NCBI RefSeq assembly: GCF_006345805.1
Contig: NW_021829114.1
Location: 1 to 7,041 of the forward strand
Length of the DNA: 7,041 bases
Direction: 5' to 3'
Origin: Octopus sinensis
Taxonomy: Eukaryota
Part shown: one piece after another, positions 6,488-7,041 of the stretch
How the letters are laid out: every line of letters begins with the position of its first letter
Numbering within the stretch: the stretch's first letter is position 1
Made by a program: the position numbers and the translations under genes
Notes under the pieces: generated by a model
What the model was told of the DNA's origin: nothing
Databases searched by the model: none
Seen by the model: only the letters and a program-made list of their open reading frames with translations

Positions 6488-7041
6488 TTTATTTTTTATT
6501 TTATTTTATCTAGTTCCAGCTCACGAGCTGTGGCCATGCTGGGGCACCGCTATTCGGTGTTTCTACATGATTTTACTTCACGAACGCTTTTTAGCAATTG
6601 CCATTTGGTGCATGAGAGAGTTCGATGCAGCTGCCCTCATCTGCACCTTCTGCCGTGAAGTTGGTTCATCTGGGAAACCTGACAGGAAGAGATCCAGTTT
6701 TATTTCAAAGACATCTGCATCCACCCCATGCATGTCTCTCAGGTCCTTCAGGAAGATATTGAAGAGCTGTGGACCTATGAAGCCCAGACTATGACAGTAT
6801 CTTGTCCAACATCTTGATGGCAAATATGGAGTCTTTGGCACTATGCAGTGGCGCCCAGTTCTAGTATTTGTTTAACTCTCGATGCCAAAGTTTGGGACAA
6901 GTCCTTCCAGGATCTTCCAGATGTATATTATGGCATATCCTTCTCGCCTACGCTCTAAGGAATAGAGTCTTAATCTCTTAAGTCTTTCCCAATAGCTTCT
7001 ATGCTGCACAGAGGCTATCTTCTTCGTGTAGCTTCATTGGA
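6482..7041 (-). pseudogene. CR1-type LINE copy 3 (related subfamily), RT C-terminus pseudogene running off the window edge
   Basis: The minus frame reads Q*SYTKKIASVQHRSYWERLKRLRLYSLERRREGYAIIYIWKILEGLVPNFGIES*TNTRTGRHC...PDEP...RAAASNSL, with in-frame stops at 7036-7034 and 6874-6872. The 3' UTR contains GGTGCCCCAGCATGGCC and an (AAATA)n tail at about 6509-6482. Confidence 0.9.

Overview
AT-rich, repeat-dense eukaryotic DNA with no recognisable host gene. The SINE, MITE and LINE motifs resemble those I recall from Octopus/coleoid cephalopod genomes, but this is unverified. Contents in order: a decayed tRNA-derived SINE (-); a TTAA-flanked piggyBac-type MITE; a 5'-truncated non-autonomous retroelement with a (GAT)n tail and internal 66-bp tandem repeats; ~2.2 kb of TA/TATG microsatellite containing a second tRNA-SINE; and three CR1-type LINE fragments. 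Of these, one has an open 330-codon RT C-terminal half and two are joined tail-to-tail. The main unexplained signal is three different type I hammerhead-ribozyme-like motifs, all on the minus strand (about 4028-4095, 5541-5623 and 5874-5941). The last has a compensatory U3-A8 core and lies inside a 358-bp-period partial tandem duplication, the architecture expected of a retrozyme or Penelope-like element. All folds were read by eye and none has been tested computationally or experimentally.
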